Source: Hyalangium minutum (lineage in GTDB: Bacteria > Myxococcota > Myxococcia > Myxococcales > Myxococcaceae). Taken from it: 64,000 bases of DNA. The position numbers and the translations under genes were made by a program. Location of the stretch: NCBI RefSeq assembly GCF_000737315.1, contig NZ_JMCB01000006.1:1-64000 (forward strand). The letters are read 5' to 3'. The notes under the pieces were generated by a model that was given only the letters and a program-made list of their open reading frames with translations, was not told where the DNA came from and searched no databases. Positions 43,374 to 52,516 of the stretch are shown here, in pieces (positions within the stretch are counted from its first letter, which is position 1; the number at the start of each line of letters is the position of its first letter).

Positions 43374-46300
43374 CTACCAGTCGCCCCGAGGCTTCTGGGA
43401 CGCCTTCACCGCCAGCACGTCCGACTTCGTCCGGGCGCGCAAGCTGGCCACGTACATGTCCTCGATGGAGGCCGGCGGCGCGGTGAACTTGCCCGCGAAC
43501 TGCGCCCTCATCACGTAGCCCACCGAGCGCGGGCTGTCGCTCCACCGCGCGGGCTCCTCGAAGAAGAACGTGGCTCGCTCCGGCGTCAGCACGCGCCGCT
43601 TGAGCGCCTCGGGCGCCAGGTTCAGCGAGTGCGGTGCCCCGCGGAACTCCTTGTCCTCGATGAGCGGCACGAAGCCTGCCGGCACCGCGTCCTCCACCAC
43701 GTAGTACGCCGAGCGCGCCTTGTTGTCCCCGCGCGCGTCGATGGTCAGCTCGACGAAGACCTCCTCGCCCTGGGCCACCTCCTCGCCCGAGGCCAGCGGC
43801 TGCCTGCCGCTCTCGCGCAGCACCCAGTAGCGGCGCTCGATGCTCATGCCCTGGGAGAGCGGCTGCACGTCCGGCAGCGGCGTTAGCGTCGTGGCGCGCA
43901 GCGTGGCCACGCCCTCGAACGAGGCCACGTTCACCGAGCGCGTGCCCGGCTCCAGTGTGGCCACCAGGCCCATGCCCCGAGGCGAGAACTTCACTGGCCC
44001 CTTGGCTCCCTTCACCTCCGGCGGCGGCAGCTTCTTGAAGGCCTTGGCATCGCGCTCGACGAGCCACAGCGAGTGCAGCAGCGCCGTGCTGCGGTCGAAG
44101 GTGGACAGGTCCGGCTGGCTGAGCAGCTCGAGAAGCCGCCGGCGCGCCTTGTCCACGTCCAGCTTGCCGAACGAGGCCGCGTGCGCCAGCAGCGCCGTGA
44201 GGCCCACGCGCCGCAGCGGGTAGTGGAAGAAGGCCTCGGCGTCGGTCGCGGTGTTCAGGCTCGCCAGCTGGACGAAGCCCTCGTTGCTGGCCTGCACCAG
44301 CGAGTCGATGCGCGCCTGCAGCGCGGGCTCCTTCATCACCCCCGCCTTCTCCGCCGCCAGCACCGAGAGCGCCAGCGGGTACAGGTCGCCCGGCGTCGCC
44401 CGGTCGATGAGGGCGCGCACGCGGTCCGCCTTGCGATCGCCGTACATGCGTGCGAGCACGTAGGCGCGCGTGGCGTCGTACTCGAAGGGCAGGTTCTCCT
44501 GGGCCTCCAGCCAGCGCGCGGCCTCGGTCAGCCGCGTGTCGTTGGCATCCACCAGCCCCGCCTCCGTCGCGTAGGCCAGCCCATCCAGAGCGATGAGCGT
44601 CATCGCCACATCCGGCGTGCTGTACCCGCCGAACCAGGTGAAGCCGCCGCCCTTCACCGCCAGGGCGAGGATGCGCGAGGTGCCCTGCACGGAGCGGCTG
44701 CGCGCCTCGGCCAGCAGGCCCTGGCTCTCGGGGTCCAGCCGGCCCAGCATGTCCACCTTCTTGAGCGTCTGGTACAGCGCCACGTTGGGCACCGTGGTGG
44801 ACACGAGCTGCTCCAGGCAGCCGTACGGGTAGGTGAGCAGCTCGCGCACGTTGGTGAGCGCCGCGTCCACCACCGAGGGCTGGAGCACCAACTGCACGTC
44901 CGTGAGCGTGGCCGAGCTCGCCGCTTGCAGCGACAGCTCGCCGCCGCCCCAGGCGGACACCTTCACCGGCTCCTCCAGGGCCGCGGGCCGCACCGGCACT
45001 GCGCGGCGATCCTTCAGCGGATCCTTGCCGCCCGTTACGTCCACCGACAGCTCGGCCGAGCCCGGACCCGTGGCCTTGATCTGCAGGGGGAGGACCTTCT
45101 CGCCGCCCTGGCCCAGCTCGATCTTCTCCTGCGTCTGGTTGGCTTGGAGCGCGCCCGCGGAGGCCAGCTTCACCTCCAGCACCTGACTGCCCTTGGAGGC
45201 CGCACCCGCGGACAGACGTACCGAGGCGAGCGCCTCGTCCCCCTCGCGGAGGAACTGCGGCAGCGCCGCGTACAGGTTGAGGCCGCCACGGGTGGCGAAC
45301 TCCCCGGTGCCCTCGCCGAAGCGGCCCGAGGTGTCCGCCGCCACCGCCGTCACCACCCAGAGCGTCTGGTTGGAGGGCAGCTTGAAGCGCACCGTGGCGC
45401 GGCCATCGCGGTCCGTGACGACGTTCGGCTGCCAGAAGGCCGTGTCGCGCTCCTCGTCCTTCGCCTTGCGCGTGGGCGGCTTGATGGAGGCGAACGCGTG
45501 GTCCGGCAGCCCGGCCATCTTCCGCGCCAGCGCCTCGCCGTAGCCGTAGCCCTGGAACTCAGCGGAGTAGAAGTTGGACACGTTGTTGCGCGCGGGCGGA
45601 TAGAAGAAGTCCAGCACCTTCGGGCGGAACTCCGTCTGGATGGCGTACACGGCCTTGTCCACCACGCCCACGGACACCTGGGCCACGATGCCGTTGCCCT
45701 CGTGGTCCGTGACGCGCAAGTCCATCACCTGCTCGGTGAGCGGGGCGGCCTCCACGCGGCGAGGCTCCAGCTTCACCGTCAGGGTGCGCTCGGCGGGGAT
45801 GATGCGGAAGGACACCGTGCGCTCCTCCCAGCGGCCCGAGCTCGTCGGGTACGCCACGGACGCGTACACCGCGCTGCCGTAGCGCTTCTCCACCGGGAAG
45901 CTGTGCACCAGCGTGCGGCCCTCGAGCTCCAGCAACTCCGTGCCGTAGAGGCCCGCGCCCGTGAAGGTGATCCACACCGGGCCGCGATCCTTGCCCCCGG
46001 GGCCCCAGCCATCCGGGAACAGGCCCACCAGCTGCCCCGAGTCGCCCGGAGACAGCGTGCCAGAGAGCGAGGCTAGCGTGAGGTTCGCCACGCGCGCCAC
46101 CGGCTCGTCATTGCCGCCGATGACGAGCATGGACTGCTCGCCCGTCCACGCCTTGCCGTTCTTGTCCTTCACCGTCATCCGCGCCAGCACCGTGCCCACC
46201 TCCGAGGTGGGGACCTTCTGGCGGGCGATGCCGTTGGCCTCGGTGGTGAGCGAGTGCTTGCTCAGGCTCTTCTCGCTGCCGTCCGCCTTGCGCAGCACGA

Positions 46301-48080
46301 ACTCGACCTCGGCCTGGGTGACGCCGTAGGGCTTGCCGGACAGCGTGGTGGCGCGCACCGCCAGCGTCGCCTCGGCGCCCTTCTTCACCACCGCCTCCGA
46401 GAAGCTCCCCGCGCCGAACACCTCCACCTCCGACAGGAAGAAGGAGGCAGCCGCGTTGGCGAAAGTCCCCTGGTCATCCCGCGCACGCACGCTGAGCGAG
46501 TAGCGGTACGGCAGCCGCTCCTCTCCCGCGGCCAGCGCTGGCACGCTGATCTCGATGACGGCCTCGCCGTTCTCATCGAACTTGGTGGCGCTCTCCCACG
46601 GGTCTCCCTCCGCGCCGCGCTCGGCCACGGAGGAGTAGAGGCGCTCGGGCACGCTGAGCTTGCCCTCGGAGCTGGAGGCCGTGCCGTACGTCACCGCGCT
46701 GCCCTGGCCACCCTTGCCCGCGTCATCCACCCAGGCGGGCGCGTCCAGCAGCGAGCGGTACAGGAACACGTCGTACTTGGCGCCCTCGGGCACGCCGCCC
46801 GCGTAGCGCCGCGCCTTCACCGTGGCCTTCAGCGTCTGGCCCGGGACGATGTTCTCCTTCTCCGGCGTCAGCTCCAGATAGAAGGTGGGCTTCACGTAGT
46901 CCTGCACGCGCGCTTCGCCCTGGTGCGCCTGGTCATCCACCGAGGCGTTCACCCGCAGCACGCCCGTGCCCAGGTCCGCCGGCACGTCCAGGGTGCCCGA
47001 GAAGCTGCCGAACTCATCCACCGACACCTGCGTCTTGATGTCGCGGCCCTCGGCGGACTCGAGCTTCACCGTCACCAGCTTCTTGCGCGGGGTGAACAGG
47101 CGCGCGAGGTACGTGTCCGGCTGGCGCAGCAGGCCGCGGAACTTCACCTGGTCTCCCGGCTTGTAGATGGGCCGGTCGCTGTAGATGAAGACGTCCGGCG
47201 CCACCGCCAGCGAGGAGTAGAAGTCCGTGTCCACCAGGCCCGTGTCCTTGCCCACGGTGGCCGTGGCGAGGATGCGCGGCTCGCTCACCTCCAGCGTCAC
47301 CTCACCCTTCTCGTCCGTCTTGCCCTCGGGGCCCTTGCCGGTGGGCAGGAACACGCGCACCTGGGCGCCCGCCTTGGGCTTCTGGTCCCGGCCCGCCACG
47401 CGCACCAGCACCTGGCCATCCGTCTGCTTCAGCTGAACCGTGAGGTCCGTCACGACGAGCACCACCTGGCCCTCCACCTTGCCCTGCACGAGCTGCAGCA
47501 CGTAGGTGCCCGCGGGCAGCGGCGCCAGCATCACCCGGCGCTCCTGGAAGCCGTGGCCGCCCCACGAGGAGAAGCCCGGCACGCTGAAGTCCACGCCGCC
47601 GCCCCCCAGGTCCAGGTTCAGCCACTGGCTGCGCGCGACGGTGAAGCCGGGCGGCACGCCGACGAGCTTGTCCGGGCCCTCGGCCATCTGGTTCAGCGTG
47701 GGCGCTACGTCCTCGGGGCCGCGCGCCGGCAGCGCCGGAGAGACGGCGTCACGGAACTCCGTGCTGAACGCGTAGAGCAGATAGGTGGAGGGCACCTTCA
47801 CCGAGTTCAGGCCGCGGCTGAGCGCGCGTCCCGGGTTCTTCAGCACGGGCGGCTGCTCGTACGCCCGGCGGATGTCGCTCTGGGCCTCGATGAAGGAGTC
47901 CAGGCTGTCCGGCTTGAGCACCCGCAGCTCCACGGGGCCCTTGCTGTTGAACGCCACGTCCACCGCCACCGGCTCCTGGGTGCCGTAGGCGCGAGGCACG
48001 GTGATGTAGAGCGGCTTGGCCGCCGCCACGCTGGCCAGCGTCACCGCGGCCAGCAGCGAAATGCGCGTGGAGTACCTCAT
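43374..48080 (-). CDS. Bacterial alpha-2-macroglobulin (YfaS/MagD-type operon context)
   Basis: FIYSDRPIYKPGDQV (MG2), DTAFWQPNVVTD.DG.A, YPYGCLEQ thioester motif (44808-44819), GGGFTWF, YVMRAQFAGKFTAPPA..EDMY. Signal peptide present. Confidence 0.93.
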   Translation of the reverse strand: MRYSTRISLLAAVTLASVAAAKPLYITVPRAYGTQEPVAVDVAFNSKGPVELRVLKPDSLDSFIEAQSDIRRAYEQPPVLKNPGRALSRGLNSVKVPSTYLLYAFSTEFRDAVSPALPARGPEDVAPTLNQMAEGPDKLVGVPPGFTVARSQWLNLDLGGGGVDFSVPGFSSWGGHGFQERRVMLAPLPAGTYVLQLVQGKVEGQVVLVVTDLTVQLKQTDGQVLVRVAGRDQKPKAGAQVRVFLPTGKGPEGKTDEKGEVTLEVSEPRILATATVGKDTGLVDTDFYSSLAVAPDVFIYSDRPIYKPGDQVKFRGLLRQPDTYLARLFTPRKKLVTVKLESAEGRDIKTQVSVDEFGSFSGTLDVPADLGTGVLRVNASVDDQAHQGEARVQDYVKPTFYLELTPEKENIVPGQTLKATVKARRYAGGVPEGAKYDVFLYRSLLDAPAWVDDAGKGGQGSAVTYGTASSSEGKLSVPERLYSSVAERGAEGDPWESATKFDENGEAVIEISVPALAAGEERLPYRYSLSVRARDDQGTFANAAASFFLSEVEVFGAGSFSEAVVKKGAEATLAVRATTLSGKPYGVTQAEVEFVLRKADGSEKSLSKHSLTTEANGIARQKVPTSEVGTVLARMTVKDKNGKAWTGEQSMLVIGGNDEPVARVANLTLASLSGTLSPGDSGQLVGLFPDGWGPGGKDRGPVWITFTGAGLYGTELLELEGRTLVHSFPVEKRYGSAVYASVAYPTSSGRWEERTVSFRIIPAERTLTVKLEPRRVEAAPLTEQVMDLRVTDHEGNGIVAQVSVGVVDKAVYAIQTEFRPKVLDFFYPPARNNVSNFYSAEFQGYGYGEALARKMAGLPDHAFASIKPPTRKAKDEERDTAFWQPNVVTDRDGRATVRFKLPSNQTLWVVTAVAADTSGRFGEGTGEFATRGGLNLYAALPQFLREGDEALASVRLSAGAASKGSQVLEVKLASAGALQANQTQEKIELGQGGEKVLPLQIKATGPGSAELSVDVTGGKDPLKDRRAVPVRPAALEEPVKVSAWGGGELSLQAASSATLTDVQLVLQPSVVDAALTNVRELLTYPYGCLEQLVSTTVPNVALYQTLKKVDMLGRLDPESQGLLAEARSRSVQGTSRILALAVKGGGFTWFGGYSTPDVAMTLIALDGLAYATEAGLVDANDTRLTEAARWLEAQENLPFEYDATRAYVLARMYGDRKADRVRALIDRATPGDLYPLALSVLAAEKAGVMKEPALQARIDSLVQASNEGFVQLASLNTATDAEAFFHYPLRRVGLTALLAHAASFGKLDVDKARRRLLELLSQPDLSTFDRSTALLHSLWLVERDAKAFKKLPPPEVKGAKGPVKFSPRGMGLVATLEPGTRSVNVASFEGVATLRATTLTPLPDVQPLSQGMSIERRYWVLRESGRQPLASGEEVAQGEEVFVELTIDARGDNKARSAYYVVEDAVPAGFVPLIEDKEFRGAPHSLNLAPEALKRRVLTPERATFFFEEPARWSDSPRSVGYVMRAQFAGKFTAPPASIEDMYVASLRARTKSDVLAVKASQKPRGDW

Positions 48081-49690
48081 GAACCAAACCCTCCCGGAAC
48101 CAGCGAATTGCCCTCTACCGTGCCGCGCAGCCCCACATACGGCAGCGTCTCGAGATCCTTGCGCGCCTCTTCAATCTCCGCGGGCGCCGAGCCCGGCACC
48201 GGCGCGTTCTTCCCGAGCTGCTGCTCGGACCAGTACCCGTCCGCCAGCAGCTGGCTGAGCAGGTGGCCCGTGTTCAAGCCAATCGTCACCGAGCCCGGCG
48301 CGCGCAGTCCCTCGACCACCGGGCCCGCCGCGTTGAGCAGGTTGGGGCTCTTGCCCTCGCACGCGCTCTGCAGGCGCTGGAGCACCTGCGGCTCGGAGGC
48401 CAGCACCTGGTGCTTGCACAGCGTGGCCTGCTCCAGCGTGTTGCCACCCGCGAACATCGTCTTCAGCGCGGGCGCGTCCTCCACCCGGCCCCAGAGGATG
48501 GCAAACTCGTGGCCCAGGTCCGCGTCGCCGCGCGGCGTCCACACCAGCGCAATCTGCCGCGTGCGCACCTGCCCGGGGTCCTGGCCCTCCCAGTACTGCT
48601 TGATCTTCGCGCCCTCCAGGGACTCGGGCAGCTTGAGCTGCAGCGCCAGCAGCACCGGCGTGTCCGAGGGCACCAGCTTCAGCAAGTCATCCGAGAGCGG
48701 CGCCGCATCCAGCCGCACCTTGTCCAACAGCGGCCCCGTAATGCCGCGAGGCACCAGCCGCTTGCCCTCGGCGCCGAACTGCAGCCGGGTACCGTTGGCG
48801 AGCCCCAGCGCGTGCGTGAGGAACACCGTCTCGCGCCCGAGCACCTCGCTGTTGAAGCCCAGCTCCAGGTCCACGTTGGCGGGGGCCTCCAGCTTCGTCA
48901 GCTCGGCGCACAGGCCGCGCAGCACCATGTTGGGCTGCCGCGCCACCACGATGCGATCCGCCGTACGCGCGGCGTACAGCGACTGCTCGGCCACCAGCCA
49001 GCGGGCGATCTTGAAGCCACCCTCGGGAACCGTGGCGGACGCGGGCGCGCCGTAGGGGCACTTGTCGGAGGTATAGCCGCCGCGGCTGGCCACCTTCTCC
49101 ATGGCCTCGTAGGCCGTGGCGGCGGTGGCATTCGGCGCGGGGACAATGAAGGCGGGGGCGTTCGAGTCACTGCCGCCCACGAACCACAGCGCGCGGAACG
49201 GCGAGTCCAGCAGCTGCCCGGCCACCACGTCGAACACGGCGCCCTTGAAGGAGGCCTTCAGGTCCTCGCCGGTGGAGCCGAAGAAGGCAGCCCAGGAGCT
49301 GGCGAAGCCCTGGCCGAGCGGCTTCTTCATCTGCTGCTGGAGCCACGCGTTCCCCACGAGCGCACTGCGCACCTTGGCGGGCTGGTACACGTCCACCCAG
49401 ACCGCGGGAGAGCCCTGCGTGGGCGGAGACAGGCGCTGGGTCGGCGGAGGCGGCGGCATGCCCTCCACGGTGGCTCCAGCGCTCTGCACGCCCGAGGTGC
49501 CCTGCTCCGTCGTATCGGAGCTGTCACTGCCCGCGCCCGAGTTCGCGCTGCGGCGTCCGAGCACGTAGGCGCCCACGCCCACGCCGCTCACCACCACGGT
49601 GACGATGGCGACGAGGATCGCCTTGGAGGCGCCACCTCCCGAGCGGGGTGGCTCGGGGGACGGGCCCGAAGGGGTTTCGGATGAGCTCAT
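48077..49690 (-). CDS. Membrane-anchored protein, probable YfaA/MagB (DUF2138)-like
   Basis: Single N-terminal TM, ATGA overlaps with both neighbours, position in the macroglobulin operon. The family assignment is mainly by context. Confidence 0.55.
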   Translation of the reverse strand: MSSSETPSGPSPEPPRSGGGASKAILVAIVTVVVSGVGVGAYVLGRRSANSGAGSDSSDTTEQGTSGVQSAGATVEGMPPPPPTQRLSPPTQGSPAVWVDVYQPAKVRSALVGNAWLQQQMKKPLGQGFASSWAAFFGSTGEDLKASFKGAVFDVVAGQLLDSPFRALWFVGGSDSNAPAFIVPAPNATAATAYEAMEKVASRGGYTSDKCPYGAPASATVPEGGFKIARWLVAEQSLYAARTADRIVVARQPNMVLRGLCAELTKLEAPANVDLELGFNSEVLGRETVFLTHALGLANGTRLQFGAEGKRLVPRGITGPLLDKVRLDAAPLSDDLLKLVPSDTPVLLALQLKLPESLEGAKIKQYWEGQDPGQVRTRQIALVWTPRGDADLGHEFAILWGRVEDAPALKTMFAGGNTLEQATLCKHQVLASEPQVLQRLQSACEGKSPNLLNAAGPVVEGLRAPGSVTIGLNTGHLLSQLLADGYWSEQQLGKNAPVPGSAPAEIEEARKDLETLPYVGLRGTVEGNSLVPGGFGS

Positions 49691-50283
49691 TGCATCCACT
49701 CCTTGAAGCGGAAGAAGCCGAGGAAGGCGGTGTTCTGGGGAATGGGGCGCCACTCGAGCGGCGCCTCGGTGGCGAGCCGGTGCAGCACGCCGGTCCTCAC
49801 GGCGGCGCCCTTCTCGCCCGGGTGGTAGACGACACGGGCCGGCGCGTGCGCCTTGTCCTCCGGGCGCACCACCAGCATGAGGTGGAACACGGGGCCGGAG
49901 TCATGCTCCTGGCGGAACGCCACCAGGTCCCCGGTGCGCAGCGACTCGAGCGCGGCCTCGTCCCGGCCCAGCGGCGCGAAGCTGCGCGTGAGCAGCGTCT
50001 CCGCGTCCGCGAACTCGGCGGGCCGCCCCTGTACGTCCAGCCACAGGGGACGCTCGACGCGCTCGGCGTAGAAGCGCTTGTAGGCGCTGCGGTAGGCGAA
50101 GCGCACCAGCCCGGCGCAGTCGCGCTGGTCCGGGTGCCACAGCGGATCAAACTTCTGGAACTGGGCCAGCGCCACCTGCCCCACCTCGCGGCGCAGCAGC
50201 ACGTCGCGGGCCTCGCGCGAGTCGGACGCAGGAGGCGGAGGCGTGGAGGCGGCAAGCGCCAGCGTGAGGGACAGGAAGAGCAT
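49687..50283 (-). CDS. YfaT/MagC (DUF1175)-like protein
   Basis: QRDCAGLVRFAYR, GDLVAF.Q, FHLMLVV, VYHPG, W.P...N..FLGFFRF; NlpC/P60-like Cys/His. Confidence 0.82.
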   Translation of the reverse strand: MLFLSLTLALAASTPPPPASDSREARDVLLRREVGQVALAQFQKFDPLWHPDQRDCAGLVRFAYRSAYKRFYAERVERPLWLDVQGRPAEFADAETLLTRSFAPLGRDEAALESLRTGDLVAFRQEHDSGPVFHLMLVVRPEDKAHAPARVVYHPGEKGAAVRTGVLHRLATEAPLEWRPIPQNTAFLGFFRFKEWMQ

Positions 50284-50300
50284 GGTCCAGGCTGGGAGCG

Positions 50301-51281
50301 TCAGTCCCCGCCCTCGGAGCTGCCCTCGCCCTCGCCCTCGGAGCCCTCGTAGCCCTCGCCCTCGCCTTCGTAGCCGCCCTCGTCGCCGTAGTCCCCGGAG
50401 TTGCCGGAGGACACGTTCTTGGCCACCTCATCGAGGTTCTTGGGCCACGAGGCCCCCGTGGGCTTCGGATCCTGAGAGGGCACATACACCTCCGCCTGGT
50501 TCTCGCCGGTGATGTTGATCCACGCGAGCACGCGCGTGGTGCCCGGGGTGGCCAGGGGAATGCGCACCATGCGGCGCACCTCGCCCGGGGTGCCCTCGAA
50601 GAGCGCCACGTTGAGGGTGGCCAGCGTGTGGGCCTTGTCACCGCTGGGCCAGTAGTTGGTGGCGATCAGGTAGATGCCCTGGGGCGGCGCCCGGTGGATA
50701 TAAAGGTAGGGGCCGTAGGCAGGCTGATCGAAGTCGCCGCCCTGCTCGTTGAGGAAGAAGGTGCCGCCGGTGGGGCTGGAGGTGTCCGCCCAGTAGACGT
50801 GCGCCATCTTCTTGCCGTCCATCGTCAGGCCCTCGGCCGTCTTGGTGACGCTGTCGTTGGTGGGCTCGTAGACGTGGAGGTCCGTGTAGACGCCCTCGGT
50901 GTCGCTGGTGAGGATGGTCTTGAGCGGCACGGGCGGAATCTGCGCGTACGCCGTCACCTGCGAGCGCGCCGTGCCCGCCTGGTTGGTGGCCATCACCGTG
51001 ACGATGTTCTTGCCGCTGGCGGCGGGGAACTTCCGGCTGAAGCGCCCGTTGAAGGTGCGCATCAGGTACCGGTCTCCGTTGATGGAGACGACCACCGGAT
51101 CAATGGTGGTGTCGCTGATCGTCCCCTCCACCAGCATCATCCGGTCCACCGTCCAGCCGCCGGTGGGGGCAGTGAGCGTGACCTTGGCCAGCTTGGTGCC
51201 CGTGCCAATGGGCACGCCCTGCTGGCGAGGGTTCTCGTGCGGCGTCTGGGTGAGGAGCAGTGCCAGGAAGACAGGCAGCAT
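50301..51281 (-). CDS. YfaP (DUF2135)-like secreted protein with acidic Gly/Glu/Tyr tail
   Basis: Signal peptide, VVSINGDRY, N+VTV.ATN, ILTSDTEGVYTDLHVYEP, YGPYLY...PPQG.Y...NYW, IPLATPG. Confidence 0.78.
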   Translation of the reverse strand: MLPVFLALLLTQTPHENPRQQGVPIGTGTKLAKVTLTAPTGGWTVDRMMLVEGTISDTTIDPVVVSINGDRYLMRTFNGRFSRKFPAASGKNIVTVMATNQAGTARSQVTAYAQIPPVPLKTILTSDTEGVYTDLHVYEPTNDSVTKTAEGLTMDGKKMAHVYWADTSSPTGGTFFLNEQGGDFDQPAYGPYLYIHRAPPQGIYLIATNYWPSGDKAHTLATLNVALFEGTPGEVRRMVRIPLATPGTTRVLAWINITGENQAEVYVPSQDPKPTGASWPKNLDEVAKNVSSGNSGDYGDEGGYEGEGEGYEGSEGEGEGSSEGGD

Positions 51282-51493
51282 CGGGAGCTCGTCGGGGTGG
51301 AGTGGGAGACGGCGGAGGCGTTGACGGGCGACAGCCTGCGGCAGCAGCGCGCCTCATTTCAAGCCGCCTGCCTGCCCTGACCCGGGGTGCAAAAGAGGAA
51401 GACTTGTGGCATGGGCCCCATGCGTGTGGGGGCTTCGCTTCCAGGGCCCGGCTCGTTCATGATGGGTGGGCTTTGGACGCTGCTGCTGAAATC

Positions 51494-52489
51494 GTGACCG
51501 TGGGCCCTCCAACAACTTCCGATCGCCTCAGCCTGGCGCGGAAAGTCTTCCTGTTTTTCATGGTCGAGGGCCTGCCACTGCTGGGGCTGCTCTACGGGGT
51601 GTGGCTCTTCCTCCACGAAGGCATCCGCTGGCTGGACGTGGGGCTGTTCGTGGGGATGTACGTGGCCACGATGACGGGCATCGAGCTGGGCTTCCACCGC
51701 TACTTCGCCCACCGCACCTTCGAGACGACGCGGCCCATTCGTGCGCTGCTCCTCATCCTCGGCTCGATGGCGGGCCAGGGCTCCACGCTGCTGTGGAGCG
51801 GCCTCCACCGCTGGCACCACGCGCACACGGACATTCCCGGGGACATCCACTCACCGACGCTCGGGCGGCAGGGGTGGTGGCAGCGGGTGCGCGGGTTCTT
51901 CTGGTCGCAGTTCCTCTGGTACCTGGACTCGCCCGCCGTGGTCCTCTTCGCGCGCTTCATGAACCGCCACCGCGCGGATCCGGAGATCGCCCTGTCCTCC
52001 CCGGAGGATACCCAGGAGTTCCGCATCGTCCGCACGATGCCGGACCTTGTGCGCGATGCGTGGCTCGTGCGGCTCAACCAGCGGTATGGGCTCTGGGTGC
52101 TGCTCGGGCTGGCGCTGCCCGCAGTGCTGGGCGGGCTGCTCACAGGCTCGTGGGAGGGTGCGTGGCGAGGGCTCGTGTGGGGCGGCTTTGTCCGCTTCGC
52201 GCTGGTGCAGCAGGCCTCGTTCGCCGTCAACTCGGTGACGCACACCTTGGGCACGCAGCCGCTGGCGTGCCGGGACGACAGCCGTAACAACGGGGTGATG
52301 GCGGTGCTGACGCTCGGGGCCGGGTGGCACAACAACCACCACACCTTCCCTGGCTCGGCCTTCACGGACTTCCGCTGGTATCAGGTGGACATCTCCGGCC
52401 TGATGCTCCGCGCCCTGGAGAAGCTCGGGCTGGCGTGGGATGTCCGCCGGCCCTCGCCCGAGTCCATCGCCGCGCGCAAGCGTCCCTGA
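51494..52489 (+). CDS. Membrane acyl-CoA/acyl-lipid (delta-9-type) fatty acid desaturase
   Basis: His boxes GFHRYFAH, HRWHHAHTD...HSP and GWHNNHH, plus VNSVTH. Start placed at GTG 51494. Confidence 0.9.
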   Translation: MTVGPPTTSDRLSLARKVFLFFMVEGLPLLGLLYGVWLFLHEGIRWLDVGLFVGMYVATMTGIELGFHRYFAHRTFETTRPIRALLLILGSMAGQGSTLLWSGLHRWHHAHTDIPGDIHSPTLGRQGWWQRVRGFFWSQFLWYLDSPAVVLFARFMNRHRADPEIALSSPEDTQEFRIVRTMPDLVRDAWLVRLNQRYGLWVLLGLALPAVLGGLLTGSWEGAWRGLVWGGFVRFALVQQASFAVNSVTHTLGTQPLACRDDSRNNGVMAVLTLGAGWHNNHHTFPGSAFTDFRWYQVDISGLMLRALEKLGLAWDVRRPSPESIAARKRP

Positions 52490-52516
52490 GACGCTGAGCA
52501 GCGGGTGGGCCCGGGC

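Noticed and set aside
44073-49055. Long plus-strand ORFs 44073-46076 and 46254-49055
   Set aside because: They are antisense shadows of the macroglobulin operon, as expected from high-GC codon bias.
51409-51423. Palindrome GCATGGG-C-CCCATGC upstream of the desaturase (possible operator or sigma54 site)
   Set aside because: GG-GC spacing does not fit -24/-12, and a GC-rich 7-bp arm alone is weak evidence.
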